From NCBI GenBank assembly GCA_963749495.1, contig CAVVMW010000012.1, positions 128,001-192,000 on the forward strand: a stretch of 64,000 nucleotides of DNA, in the 5' to 3' direction. Of this stretch, positions 30,592-40,627 are shown in pieces; the first letter of the stretch is position 1, and each line of letters opens with the position of its first letter. The position numbers and the translations under genes are program-made. The stretch is from an uncultured bacterium (lineage in GTDB: Bacteria > Verrucomicrobiota > Verrucomicrobiia > Limisphaerales > UBA8199). Below the pieces are notes generated by a model. It saw only the letters and a program-made list of their open reading frames with translations, was not told the origin of the DNA and did not search any database.

Positions 30592-32562
30592 ATGAGTGAG
30601 AGGAACTTTTCCCGGCGGCGGCGCCACATGCGCTTCCGCCCCAGCGGCGGCTTGGGTCATGCCCAGCCCCCGCGGCCCGACCGCGAGGCGCTCGCCGCCC
30701 GCGCCGAGGCCACCACCGGCCAGGTCTCGACCCCGGACCGGGTCTATGAGACCCGGCACACGCAGGAAATCGAGCGCGCCGAGAACGTCGCCGCGGGCCT
30801 GCCCCCGGAAGGCGCCCCCGAGAACCAGGCCGCCGAGGCCGCCGCCCAAGGCGGCTTCCGCGAACCCCACCTCGAAACCCCCGCCCAGGTGCAGGAGGAC
30901 AGACCCTTCGAGCCCATCCCGGTCCGCGAGGCCCCCAAGGGCATCCTCGACACCATCCGCACTGCCGCCGCCACCCTCGTCCAGAAGGTCCAGCGCCTCA
31001 TCAAGCCCGTCAAACGCGTCCACAAAGAGGTCATCCTCAACGCCGAGACCCTCGAAACCCGCGTGGCCGTGCTCGAAGAGGGCCGCCTCGAAGAGTTCAA
31101 CATCGAGCGCACCACCGAGGAGCGCCTGGTCGGCAGCATCTTCAAAGGCAAAGTCCGCAACCTCCAAGACGACCTCAAGGCCGCCTTCGTGGACATCGGC
31201 TTCGAAAAGAACGCCTTTCTTCATTACTGGGACATCGTCCCCAGCACCTTTGACAGCGGCGTCGAGATCGTCGAGCGCGAGGGCAAACGCCGGGACAAGC
31301 CCAAGATCACCCAGAAAGACATCCCCCGCGTTTATCCGCCGGGCAGCGAGATCATCGTCCAGGTCACCAAGGGCCCGATCGGCACCAAGGGCCCCCGCGT
31401 GACGACCAACCTGGTGCTGCCCGGCCGTTATCTGGTCCTGCTGCCCAACTCCGACCAGAGCGGCATCTCGCGCAAGATCGAGAACCCCCAGGAACGCCAG
31501 CGCCTCAAGAAGATCCTCCGCGGCCTCTCCATCCCCGAGGGCATGGGCGTCATCATGCGCACCGTCGGCGAAGCCCAGCAGATGCGCTATTTCGTCCGCG
31601 ACCTGGCCCTGCTCCTGGAGGAATGGCGCCTCATCCAGGACCGCATCAAGGAGGGGCACCCGGCATCCTGCGTCTTCCAGGAGCCCGACCTCATCGAGCG
31701 CACCGTGCGCGACTTCCTCACCGAGGACGTCGAGCGCATCGTCGTGGACAACCCCAGGGCCTACGAACGGATGCGCGAGATGATCGCCAAAATCTCCGCC
31801 CGCGCCGCAAACAAGGCCAAGCTCTACTCCGAGCCCCAGCCCATCTTCGACCGCTTCAATATCACCCGCCAATTGGAAAACGCCTTCTCCCGCCAGGTCC
31901 ATCTCAAGAGCGGCGGCTATATCGTGGTGGACGAGACCGAGGCCCTGGTGGCCATCGATGTGAACACCGGCCGGCACAAGGGCGGCAAAGACCAGGAATC
32001 GGCCATCCTCAAGGTCAACATCGAGGCCGCCGACGAAATCGCCCGCCAACTGCGCCTGCGCAACATCGGCGGCCTCATCGTCCTGGACTTCATCGATATG
32101 AAGTCCCGCCGCGACCAGCAGCAGGTCTATCACCGCATGAGGGATGGCCTGCGCCGCGACAAGGCCAAGACCCACATCCTGCCCATCTCCCAACTCGGCC
32201 TCATGGAGATGACCCGCCAGCGCCACAGCGAAAGCGTCAATGCCGCCGTCTATGACGATTGCCCTTACTGCAAGGGCCGCGGCAAGGTCAAAAGCGCCCT
32301 CACCATGAGCGTCGAAATCCAGCGTAAGCTCAGCGAAATCCTCAAAAAACGCACACGCGACGAATCCGATTTCCAACTCCTCATCGTCGTCCACCCCACC
32401 ATCCTCGAACGCCTCCGCACCGAGGACGAGAAACACCTCATCGAGATGGAAAAACGCTACTTCGGCAAGCTCTCCTTCCGCAAAGACCCGGGCCTCCACG
32501 CCGAGCAATTCAAGATCGTCAACGTGGCGACCAACGAGGAACTGGCCAGCGTGGGAGGATAG
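30592..32562 (+). CDS. rne: Rne/Rng family ribonuclease with N-terminal disordered extension
   Basis: AFVDIG..KNAFLH, QVTKGPIGTKGPR, AIDVNTG, RLRNIGGLIVLDFIDM, CPYC. Confidence 0.9.
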   Translation: MSERNFSRRRRHMRFRPSGGLGHAQPPRPDREALAARAEATTGQVSTPDRVYETRHTQEIERAENVAAGLPPEGAPENQAAEAAAQGGFREPHLETPAQVQEDRPFEPIPVREAPKGILDTIRTAAATLVQKVQRLIKPVKRVHKEVILNAETLETRVAVLEEGRLEEFNIERTTEERLVGSIFKGKVRNLQDDLKAAFVDIGFEKNAFLHYWDIVPSTFDSGVEIVEREGKRRDKPKITQKDIPRVYPPGSEIIVQVTKGPIGTKGPRVTTNLVLPGRYLVLLPNSDQSGISRKIENPQERQRLKKILRGLSIPEGMGVIMRTVGEAQQMRYFVRDLALLLEEWRLIQDRIKEGHPASCVFQEPDLIERTVRDFLTEDVERIVVDNPRAYERMREMIAKISARAANKAKLYSEPQPIFDRFNITRQLENAFSRQVHLKSGGYIVVDETEALVAIDVNTGRHKGGKDQESAILKVNIEAADEIARQLRLRNIGGLIVLDFIDMKSRRDQQQVYHRMRDGLRRDKAKTHILPISQLGLMEMTRQRHSESVNAAVYDDCPYCKGRGKVKSALTMSVEIQRKLSEILKKRTRDESDFQLLIVVHPTILERLRTEDEKHLIEMEKRYFGKLSFRKDPGLHAEQFKIVNVATNEELASVGG

Positions 32563-32567
32563 CAGGG

Positions 32568-33071
32568 CTATTTGCCCGCCTGGGGGGGCGCGGCGGGAGC
32601 GGGCTCGGCCTGCTTGAGGACCACGAACCAGCTTGTGGCGTTGGGGGCATTGCCCCCGAGCACCAGGGTTTCGCCTTTGGGCAGGGCCTGGGTGCGTTTG
32701 AGGACGTGCTTGACCCGGCTGAACAGGGAGACTTCCACGGTGGTATTGCCGAGGTTCTTGACCTCGATATCACATTTCTCGCTCATGGGCAGTTTGATCG
32801 AGCCTTTGGCCGGCACGTCAACCGTCTTGCGGTTCACCACGAAATAGTTGGTCCACTTGAAGGGCAGTTCCTGGAGCTTCTTGCGGACCTCCGCGCTCAC
32901 CGGTTTGTGTTTGGGGTCGGGGGATTGGGTATCGTTGGTCCCCCAGATCAAGAGGGCCTCGACCTTGAGGGTGGCCTCTGCCGCCCGGGCAGACGACGGG
33001 GCATAGGCCGTTCCGACCAGGAGGGCCGAGAACCAGGCCAACAGACATGCTGAAGTAGCGGTGCGTTTCAC
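32568..33071 (-). CDS. Exported hypothetical protein, third gene of the ECF operon
   Basis: Signal peptide ending ARA-A; contiguous with the anti-sigma gene. Confidence 0.75.
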   Translation of the reverse strand: MKRTATSACLLAWFSALLVGTAYAPSSARAAEATLKVEALLIWGTNDTQSPDPKHKPVSAEVRKKLQELPFKWTNYFVVNRKTVDVPAKGSIKLPMSEKCDIEVKNLGNTTVEVSLFSRVKHVLKRTQALPKGETLVLGGNAPNATSWFVVLKQAEPAPAAPPQAGK

Positions 33072-33074
33072 GGA

Positions 33075-33569
33075 CTAATCCATCCAATCAACAGCGTCGT
33101 CTTCAAGCAAGTCATCTTCAGCGGGGTAAGAGAGCCACACCAGGGTGGTGCGGGCTGCATAGTCATGATAAGTAAAGGCGCTGGAATCGGTCAGCGAGGT
33201 CTCGCTCTCGGGACCCTGCTCGGGCAGGCCTATAAGGAGAACCGCCGCCATGGCGGCGGCTGTGGCGCCGGCGGGCACCAGCCATCGGAGCCAGCCGGCA
33301 AAGATAGAGGACGGCTGGGGCGTCGGCGGTTGTCGGCGCTGAATCTCACGGTGGATCTTCGACCAGAAAAACTCACGCGACTCCGGCAGCTTGACCTCGC
33401 CTTCAACGTCCACGCCGGCGAGGGCGCCGGAGGTGCTCTTGAGCTCCGCCAGCAGTGCCTGGGCCTCGGGGTCGGTTGCCAACCGCTCCTGGACCTGGCG
33501 CGCCTCCTCCCCGGACAGTTCCCGGTCCAGGTGGGCCTGCAGCTTCAGTTGTGTCTCGTAATCCATCAT
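33075..33569 (-). CDS. Anti-sigma factor (single TM)
   Basis: LQAHLDRELS zf-HC2-like start lacking Cys; one TM; overlaps the sigma stop. Confidence 0.8.
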   Translation of the reverse strand: MMDYETQLKLQAHLDRELSGEEARQVQERLATDPEAQALLAELKSTSGALAGVDVEGEVKLPESREFFWSKIHREIQRRQPPTPQPSSIFAGWLRWLVPAGATAAAMAAVLLIGLPEQGPESETSLTDSSAFTYHDYAARTTLVWLSYPAEDDLLEDDAVDWMD

Positions 33570-34165
33570 TTCAAATCGTCCTTCCTCAAGCCGGCCAGCA
33601 GCGCGGCCATCTTCCTGCGCGCATAGAACAGCCGGGACATGACCGTCCCGATAGAGCAGCCCATGGTTTTGGCAATCTCTTTATATTCCATCTGCTCGAA
33701 CTCATGGAGCACCAGGACGGTCCGATGCTCATAAGACAACTGGCCCAAGGCGCGGTCAATGCGCTGCCGCAGTTCGGCCCGCTCCAGGCCCGCTGTCGGG
33801 TTCACGCTCACCACGGGCATCTGCCGTTCCACGCCGCCCGACTCTTCACCCATGGCCTCGATCGATTCCACCCGCTGGCGCTTTTGCCGGCGCAAATGGT
33901 CCAGGCACAGGTTAATCACAATCCGCGTCATCCAGGTGCCGAAGCTCGATTCACCCAGAAACTGCGGCAACCGCTGCCACCCCTTGACCCAGGCCTCTTG
34001 AGAAAGATCAATAGCTTCTTCTTCATTCCTCACCATGCTCAAGGCCCGGGCGTATATCTTGTCCCGGTGGCGGGCAACCAGCTCTTCAAACGCCGCCATG
34101 TCCCCGCGCTGCGCGGCTCGCACTAGCGCCGGATCCTCATCTGAGGAATGATCTTTACCGCTCAT
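33566..34165 (-). CDS. ECF RNA polymerase sigma factor (RpoE-like)
   Basis: GDMAAFEELV, SFGTWMTRIVIN, YKEIAKTMGCSIGTVMSRLFYAR. Confidence 0.93.
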   Translation of the reverse strand: MSGKDHSSDEDPALVRAAQRGDMAAFEELVARHRDKIYARALSMVRNEEEAIDLSQEAWVKGWQRLPQFLGESSFGTWMTRIVINLCLDHLRRQKRQRVESIEAMGEESGGVERQMPVVSVNPTAGLERAELRQRIDRALGQLSYEHRTVLVLHEFEQMEYKEIAKTMGCSIGTVMSRLFYARRKMAALLAGLRKDDLK

Positions 34166-34200
34166 TCGACGGTGGGCAGTGAGGGCCTATTCACGGCAGT

Positions 34201-34863
34201 TCACAGTTTTCCTTTGGTGCTGGGCAGCGCGCTGGCCAGCCGGGGGTCGCGCTGGCTGGCAGCATCGGCCGCCCGGGCAAATGCCTTGAAGAGCGCCTCG
34301 ACGATATGGTGGGGTTCATCCCCATAGAGCAGTTCCAAGTGCAGGTTGCACCGGGCCTCGTTGGCGAAGGCCCGGAAAAACTCACGGGCCAACCCAAACC
34401 GGAAGGCGCAGGACATGTCCTGCCTTTTCTCCCGGGCATTGACGGTGCGATAGGCCAACTCATTCATTCCCCGCCACACCAGCAAGGGCCGTCCCCCGAA
34501 ATCAATGACGCACCGGGCCAGGCATTCGTCCATGGGCACGTAGGCCTCGCCGCTCAAGGGGTTGCGCGGGTCAAACCCCGTCCCGTAGCGGCGCAGCCCC
34601 CGCTTGTCCCCAAGCCCTTGAGTAAATGCCTGCCCCAGGGCCAGTCCGCAATCCTCGACCGTGTGATGCGCATCCACTTCCAAGTCCCCCGCGCACCGCA
34701 ACTCCAGGTCCATCGCCCCGTGCCGCGCAAACAGCGTCAGCAGGTGGTCCAAAAACCCTATCCCCGTCCGCACCCGGGCCTTGCCGCTCCCGTCAATGTT
34801 CAATCTGAGGACAATCCGCGTCTCCTTTGTCTGACGCCGGATCAGTGCCTGCCGTTTCTTCAT
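34201..34863 (-). CDS. hisB: Imidazoleglycerol-phosphate dehydratase
   Basis: RQTKET, GFLDHLL, DAHHTVED, PMDE, HHIVEALFKA. Confidence 0.93.
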   Translation of the reverse strand: MKKRQALIRRQTKETRIVLRLNIDGSGKARVRTGIGFLDHLLTLFARHGAMDLELRCAGDLEVDAHHTVEDCGLALGQAFTQGLGDKRGLRRYGTGFDPRNPLSGEAYVPMDECLARCVIDFGGRPLLVWRGMNELAYRTVNAREKRQDMSCAFRFGLAREFFRAFANEARCNLHLELLYGDEPHHIVEALFKAFARAADAASQRDPRLASALPSTKGKL

Positions 34864-34928
34864 CTGCCGGCATTAAACCAGGAATCCGGGGCCCAAACCA
34901 AGCCTAATCAGCGCGGCGGGACCAGGCA

Positions 34929-35059
34929 AATGACGAATGACGAATGACGAATGACGAATGACGAAATGGCGACTGCGGGCCTTTGTCGCGGCCTTTGTCG
35001 CAACCTTTGTCGAAAGCGGGGGATTCGACAAAGGTTGCGACAAAGGTTGCGACAAAGGT
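34929..35059. repeat. (GAATGAC)n array plus 12-mer tandem-inverted element (copy 3)
   Basis: Read directly. Confidence 0.9.
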
Positions 35060-35086
35060 GCGGGATCGGAGGTACTGGGAGAGGCG

Positions 35087-36127
35087 CTATTTGGAGTGGT
35101 CCGAAGCGGCCAGTTTGCTGCGCAGGGCCTGGACCTGGGCCTGGAGGGCCTCCGGGTTGGGGGAGGCCTTGTGGGCAAGGGCGATTTCGAGCAACTCGGC
35201 GGCCTTGGCATAGTGGCCCTGCTCTTCCTCCAGGCGCGCCAACTGCACGGTCATCTGCCCCAGGGCCGCCAGGTCGGGCTTGGGCTTGGTGCTCTGCTGC
35301 TGGAGCCAGCGTTGGAGGGCGGCGTTGAGGAGGTTGCGCGCCCGGACGGTGTCGTGGTGGTTCTCGTAATAGAGCCGGCCCAGTTCGAGCAGGATTTCGT
35401 AGCTGGCGGGATTTGCGTTGAGGCCCTGGCGGAGGAACTCCTCGGCCTCCTTGACCTTGCCAAGGTCCCGGCGCAGCCAGTAAGCGGCCACGGTATAGGT
35501 CTCGATGCGGTGCGGGTCCAGGTCGGCGGAGAGCTTGAGCCAGGGCAGGATCTCTCGCTCCCGGCCATGGGCCAGGTGAGTGTGCGCGGTAATGGCGAAC
35601 TTCCTGCCAAAACGCTCGATCCAGTCGCGGGGGGTGTCCAGGAAGCTCATGGCCTTCTCGTGCTCTTCCTCAGCGTGATGGTCCTCCAGGTGCGCGTCCT
35701 GGTCGTGGTCATGATCATGGCCGGATTCGGTCATGTGCTGGGCATTGGTGGGGGCGTGGGCCTGGTCGAAGACCGAGGGATAGTAGCCGCTGTGGAAATA
35801 GACATCGGCCTGGACGAACATCTGGTTTGCCAGGATCTGCCGGCTGTTGCCCAGCAGGACCTGCAGGAGGTTGTCCGAGGCCCGCCCCTCGGTCCAGCCC
35901 GAGGCGCGCGGCTCCACCACGGTGGCCAGCGAAAACGCCGCCACCAGCAACAGCGCCAGCATTAGGGCGGGGGAGCACCGCACCGGCCTTTGGGCGACTT
36001 TCGTATCTTTGTCGCATCCTTTGTCGCATCCTTTGTCGAATTGGGTTGATTTTCGACGAAGGCTGCGACAAAGGTCGCGAAAGCCACTCAAGGTCCGGTG
36101 CATTAAGGCGTGGGAGGCCTTCTTCAT
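35087..36127 (-). CDS. Membrane-anchored TPR protein with His-rich loop; start could be 35962
   Basis: TM segment, GHDHDHDQDAHLEDHH, TPR-like helices (AEEFLRQGLNANP, AAELLEIAL). Confidence 0.75.
   Translation of the reverse strand: MKKASHALMHRTLSGFRDLCRSLRRKSTQFDKGCDKGCDKDTKVAQRPVRCSPALMLALLLVAAFSLATVVEPRASGWTEGRASDNLLQVLLGNSRQILANQMFVQADVYFHSGYYPSVFDQAHAPTNAQHMTESGHDHDHDQDAHLEDHHAEEEHEKAMSFLDTPRDWIERFGRKFAITAHTHLAHGREREILPWLKLSADLDPHRIETYTVAAYWLRRDLGKVKEAEEFLRQGLNANPASYEILLELGRLYYENHHDTVRARNLLNAALQRWLQQQSTKPKPDLAALGQMTVQLARLEEEQGHYAKAAELLEIALAHKASPNPEALQAQVQALRSKLAASDHSK
36006..36083. repeat. 12-mer tandem-inverted element (copy 4), in frame within the TPR ORF 5' end
   Basis: Encodes LCRSL...FDKGCDKGCDK. 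Confidence 0.85.
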
Positions 36128-36906
36128 GTCGTGAGCACTTTCCGCCGGAACAGCAGCCAGGTCACGAAGAGAAACACCGCCGAGTAGGCCGCCAGGTAGG
36201 CCGTGGCCAGCAGGCAGTCCCCCCAGGCGATGAGGTCCTGGTCAAAGACCAGCCGCTCGCGCACGGCATAAAACCACTCCAGGTGCGGGATCAAAAAGTA
36301 GAGGCCGGTCAGGACCAGCGCCGCCAGCGGCCGCTGCAAGGCCGCCAGCTTGTGCAAGTAGCCGCCCATGACGAAGATCGAGGCAATGGCCGTGAAACAG
36401 ATCGTGGCGTTGGCCGAGGGGGCGCTAAACACGATGGAGCCAAGCAGGACCATGCTGATGACGACGGCCAGCATGCCCCAGTGCAGCCAAAAGGCCTGAG
36501 CATACTGGGCCAGGGGCAGGCCCCCCTCCCGGGCGGCGTTGACTACCCCGAAGAAGAGATAAAACACCACCAGCGCCAGCCCGCACGCCAGCCAGCAGCC
36601 CGCGAATTTGCCCGCCACCACCTGCCCGCGCGTCACCGGTTTGGCCAGCAGCGGGAAAATCGTGCGGCTCTCGCGCTCGGCCGGGATCTGCCGGGCGGCC
36701 GTCGCAACCGCAATGACCAGCGACGAAATCCAAATCAGGTGCAGGCAGATGTCCTTGACGAACCGCTGGATCTTGCTCTCGTTGAAAAAGCTCACCGACC
36801 CCGCCATCAGCGTGATGAGCGCCGTAATCACGAAGAGCACATAGAAATCCTTCCGGCGGTAGAGTTCCTTGATGACGAGCGCGGCCAGGCAGAGGATAAT
36901 GTTCAT
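36124..36906 (-). CDS. ABC-2 type transporter permease
   Basis: ERESRTIFPLLAKPVTR..VVAGKF; about 6 TM. Confidence 0.88.
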   Translation of the reverse strand: MNIILCLAALVIKELYRRKDFYVLFVITALITLMAGSVSFFNESKIQRFVKDICLHLIWISSLVIAVATAARQIPAERESRTIFPLLAKPVTRGQVVAGKFAGCWLACGLALVVFYLFFGVVNAAREGGLPLAQYAQAFWLHWGMLAVVISMVLLGSIVFSAPSANATICFTAIASIFVMGGYLHKLAALQRPLAALVLTGLYFLIPHLEWFYAVRERLVFDQDLIAWGDCLLATAYLAAYSAVFLFVTWLLFRRKVLTT

Positions 36907-37712
36907 GGCGAGGCGGTCGGGTAGCCGACGATTTGGAGAAAGACCTTCTCGAGGCCCATCTGGTGTTCCCGGACCAGGTCGGCCACGCGGCCAACCACCT
37001 TGAGTTCACCGCGGTGGATGATGGCCACGCGGTCGCAGACCGTCTCGACTTCGCCCAGTTCGTGCGAGGAGAACAGGACCGTCCGGCCTTCGGCCTTGAG
37101 GCGCTGGATGATCTCGCGCACCTTCATCCGGCCCAGCGGGTCCAGGCCGGCGGTCGGCTCGTCCAGGATGAGCAGGTCGGGGTTGTTGATGAGGGCCTGG
37201 GCCAGGCCGATGCGCTGCTGCATGCCCTTGGAGTAGGTCTTGATCAGCCGTTTGCGGGCCTCCTCAAGTTCAACCAGCTTGAGCAGGGCATCAATCCGCG
37301 ACTCCAATTCCGGGCGCGGGATGCGGAAGATGCGCCCATAAAAGCGCAGCAGCTCTTCGGCGCTCAGGAACTTGTAGTAATAGGTCAACTCCGGGAGGTA
37401 GCCGATGCGCTGGCGGGCAATCGGCTCCCGCACGTCCACCCCGTAGATCCAGGCCGCGCCCCGGCTCGGCGGCTGGAATCCCAGCAGCACCTGCATCGTG
37501 CTGGTCTTGCCGGCCCCGTTGGGCCGAAGGAAGCCGAACACCTCGCCCGCGTGGACCTCCAAGTCCAGGTTCTTGACCGCCACCGTGGGACCCTGGCCAA
37601 AGCCGCGCCCCGCATACTCCACCCGCAGCCCCTCGATCCGAATCACAGCGCTCGAGGCCGCTGGGACCGAGGGACCTGGCTCTGATGTCATATTTGCCGC
37701 CTCAGCGCTCAT
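36903..37712 (-). CDS. ABC transporter ATP-binding protein
   Basis: Walker A region RPNGAGKT, signature YSKGMQQR, Walker B LILDEP, SSH. Confidence 0.92.
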   Translation of the reverse strand: MSAEAANMTSEPGPSVPAASSAVIRIEGLRVEYAGRGFGQGPTVAVKNLDLEVHAGEVFGFLRPNGAGKTSTMQVLLGFQPPSRGAAWIYGVDVREPIARQRIGYLPELTYYYKFLSAEELLRFYGRIFRIPRPELESRIDALLKLVELEEARKRLIKTYSKGMQQRIGLAQALINNPDLLILDEPTAGLDPLGRMKVREIIQRLKAEGRTVLFSSHELGEVETVCDRVAIIHRGELKVVGRVADLVREHQMGLEKVFLQIVGYPTASP

Positions 37713-38076
37713 ACTCGACTGGCCGGCCAAACACCGGGCACTCTGCCGCCTAGTTTCAGGCCAAAGTGCCCGCACTGTCAATCCCCGGGGTGCGCCCCAA
37801 ATCCTCGCCCTAACCATTTTTAAAAAACCACGGAATACACGGAACACACGGGAAAAGGCCCCTTTCCGTGTATTCCGGTTCCGTGGTTCTCTATCTTCTC
37901 TCGATTGGCATGGAAATTGAGCACGTCCGGTTCCTCCGGTGCGTTTTGTAGAAGAGGATTCTCTAGTAGGTGGTTTCGGATGCGCCCGATCCTCGCCTCA
38001 GCCCAGAGGGCGCATTTTTCTCTCGCCAAACGGGTTGGGGCGGGCAAGAGTGCCTCTTTACGATGGCGATTCAACG

Positions 38077-39621
38077 ATGATGACCGAGCAGATTGTCATT
38101 TTGGATTTTGGCTCGCAATACACCCAGGTCATCGCGCGGCGCATCCGCGAGTGCAATGTCTATTCGGTGATCCTGCGCTTCGACACCCCGGCTGACCAGG
38201 TCGGCGCCCTGGCGCCCAAGGGTATCATCCTCTCGGGCAGTCCCTCCAGCGTCTATGCCCAGGACGCCCCGTTGCCCGACCCGGCGCTCTTCGATCTGGG
38301 CATCCCGGTCCTGGGCATCTGCTACGGGGTCCAGGTCCTGGCCCATTTCCTGGGCGGCAAGGTCGAGCCGGGCCTCAAACGCGAATACGGCAAAGGCACG
38401 CTCCGCGTGCGCGACAGCTTCTGCCCCCTCTTCGCCAACCTGCCCGAGACGTTGCAGGTGTGGAACTCGCACGGCGACAAGCTCACCAAGGCCCCGGCCG
38501 GGTTCAAATCCGTGGCCATCACAGACAATTCCGATTTCGCCGCCATCCAGGACCCCGCCCGGAGGATGTTCGGCCTGCAGTTCCATCCGGAAGTGGCGCA
38601 CACGCCCCAGGGGCGCGACATCCTCGCCAATTTCGTCCACAACATCTGCGGCTGCGGCAAGCACTGGACGATGCGCAACTACATCGAGCAGGCGGTCGAG
38701 ACGATCCGCGCCCAGGTCGGCGGGCAGAAGGTGGTGCTCGGGCTGAGCGGCGGGGTGGACTCGAGCGTGGCGGCCGCGCTGCTGCACCGGGCCATCGGCG
38801 AGCAGCTCACCTGCATTTTCGTCAACAACGGCGTGCTGCGCGGGCGCGAGGCGGGGGTGGTGCGGGAGGTCTTCGGCCGGCACTTCAAGCTCAAGCTGCG
38901 CTATGCCAACGCCTCGCGGCTGTTCCTGCGCCGGCTCAAAGGCGTGACTGAGCCTGAGCGCAAGCGGAAGATCATCGGCAAGACCTTCATCGAGGTCTTC
39001 GAGGCGGCGGCACGGCGCGTGGGCAGGGCGAGGTTCCTGGCCCAGGGCACGCTCTATCCGGACGTGATCGAGTCGGTGCCCATCGGGGGCAACCCCGCGG
39101 CGATGATCAAGAGCCATCACAACGTGGGCGGGCTGCCCAAGCGGATGCGCCTGCAGTTGGTCGAGCCGCTCAAGTGCCTTTTCAAGGACGAGGTGCGCGA
39201 GCTGGGTCTCGAACTGGGGCTGCCGCGCGAGATCGTCCTGCGCCAGCCCTTCCCGGGCCCCGGCCTGGCCGTCCGCATCCTGGGCGAGGTCACCCCGCGG
39301 CGGCTCGAAATCCTGCGCAACGCCAACGGCATCGTGGTCCAGGAGATGAAAAACAGCGGGTGGTATTACCGGATCTGGCAGAGCTTCGCCGTCCTCCTGC
39401 CGGTGCGCAGCGTCGGTGTCATGGGCGACGAGCGCACCTACGATTACACGATCGCCATCCGCGCCGTCGAGTCCCAGGATGGCATGACCGCCGATTGGGT
39501 GAAGCTGCCCTATGACCTCCTCGAACGGCTCTCCAGCCGCATCATCAACGAGGTCAAAGGCGTCAACCGCGTCTGCCTCGACATCACCAGCAAGCCGCCG
39601 GGCACCATCGAGTGGGAGTGA
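38077..39621 (+). CDS. guaA: GMP synthase (glutamine-hydrolysing)
   Basis: [46 protein letters not shown]. Confidence 0.98.
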   Translation: MMTEQIVILDFGSQYTQVIARRIRECNVYSVILRFDTPADQVGALAPKGIILSGSPSSVYAQDAPLPDPALFDLGIPVLGICYGVQVLAHFLGGKVEPGLKREYGKGTLRVRDSFCPLFANLPETLQVWNSHGDKLTKAPAGFKSVAITDNSDFAAIQDPARRMFGLQFHPEVAHTPQGRDILANFVHNICGCGKHWTMRNYIEQAVETIRAQVGGQKVVLGLSGGVDSSVAAALLHRAIGEQLTCIFVNNGVLRGREAGVVREVFGRHFKLKLRYANASRLFLRRLKGVTEPERKRKIIGKTFIEVFEAAARRVGRARFLAQGTLYPDVIESVPIGGNPAAMIKSHHNVGGLPKRMRLQLVEPLKCLFKDEVRELGLELGLPREIVLRQPFPGPGLAVRILGEVTPRRLEILRNANGIVVQEMKNSGWYYRIWQSFAVLLPVRSVGVMGDERTYDYTIAIRAVESQDGMTADWVKLPYDLLERLSSRIINEVKGVNRVCLDITSKPPGTIEWE

Positions 39622-39671
39622 ACGAGGGCCGAGATTGACGCAGCGTTTGCGCCAGCTTAGCGTAGCGGCGT

Positions 39672-39914
39672 ATGACGATTCAGAAGGTCCGCAAATTATA
39701 CGCGGCTGAGCCGTTTCGTCCATTCGACATCCACATGGCGGACGGACGAAAGATCCGCGTCCCCCACCCGGAATTTATGGCTACGGCCCCTTCTGCCCGC
39801 ACCATCGTGGTATGTGAGCCCGACGAGTCATTTGAGATCATCGATCTGTCGCTGGTGACTGCCGTCAGGGTGCCAGCCAATCGAACGGCCAAGAGGAGAC
39901 GGCGTCGGGCTTGA
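39672..39914 (+). CDS. Small hypothetical protein (PF.PF.I.MADG...V.HPE family), probably leaderless
   Basis: 80-aa ORF preceded by TTGACG-17-TAGCGT-8-ATG. Confidence 0.7.
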   Translation: MTIQKVRKLYAAEPFRPFDIHMADGRKIRVPHPEFMATAPSARTIVVCEPDESFEIIDLSLVTAVRVPANRTAKRRRRRA

Positions 39915-39915
39915 C

Positions 39916-40626
39916 TTACAAACCGGCGCACGCCCGGACGAAGCCGCAAACCAATGGGTGCGGGGCGGCGGGGGTGGAGCTGGTCTGCGGGACGAACAAC
40001 GTGCCGATGAAGAAAGGATGGCCCGTCAGTTCCACCACGCGCACTGCCCCCTGGGCATCCGACCCGGCAATCCGGAGCGCCCCGCCCAGGAGCACGTCCA
40101 CGTAATCAGGGTTCACGCCGAAATTGCAGACATACCGCTCGGTCGCGGTCGTTCGGCCGTAGAGCCGGGCAGCCAGCGAATCCGGCGCCAGCGTGACTGG
40201 CAGCGCGCGCCCCACGAGCGAACAAGCCAGTCGCGAGATGAACAGCCGCGAGGCGCCAGGGTGCTCTTCTTCGTGCTCTGCGTCCGCATAGCCCAGGACA
40301 TTGCGCGCGTATTCCAGAATGATGTGCTGAAAGCCGCCGCAGGTGCCCAGGAGCGGCACCCCGCCCTCGCGCGCCATGCGAATGCCGGAGAGCGCGCCCT
40401 CCCTGCTCTTGTAGGGGCTGGCAGGGGCTATCCAGATCCCGCCGCAGCCGGCCAACTCCTTTATCCCTCCAGGCCGCGCCAGTGTGTCGGTGCCGACCCA
40501 ACGATGCTCGACCTCCAGACGGAGGGCGGCGGCGGAATGGGCCAGCGCGCGGCTGGTGGCCAAGTGCGTCTCCTTCGCCGGGCTGTAATCCCCGACGATC
40601 GCTATCGGTTTGCAGGCGAGGCTCAT
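39916..40626 (-). CDS. Stand-alone CTP-synthase C-terminal-like glutamine amidotransferase
   Basis: IAIVGDY, LGTCGGFQH..LEYARNVLG, HPFFIGTLFVPQ. Confidence 0.8.
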   Translation of the reverse strand: MSLACKPIAIVGDYSPAKETHLATSRALAHSAAALRLEVEHRWVGTDTLARPGGIKELAGCGGIWIAPASPYKSREGALSGIRMAREGGVPLLGTCGGFQHIILEYARNVLGYADAEHEEEHPGASRLFISRLACSLVGRALPVTLAPDSLAARLYGRTTATERYVCNFGVNPDYVDVLLGGALRIAGSDAQGAVRVVELTGHPFFIGTLFVPQTSSTPAAPHPLVCGFVRACAGL

Positions 40627-40627
40627 G

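Noticed and set aside
37890..38076. Purine riboswitch before guaA
   Set aside because: No purine aptamer consensus seen.
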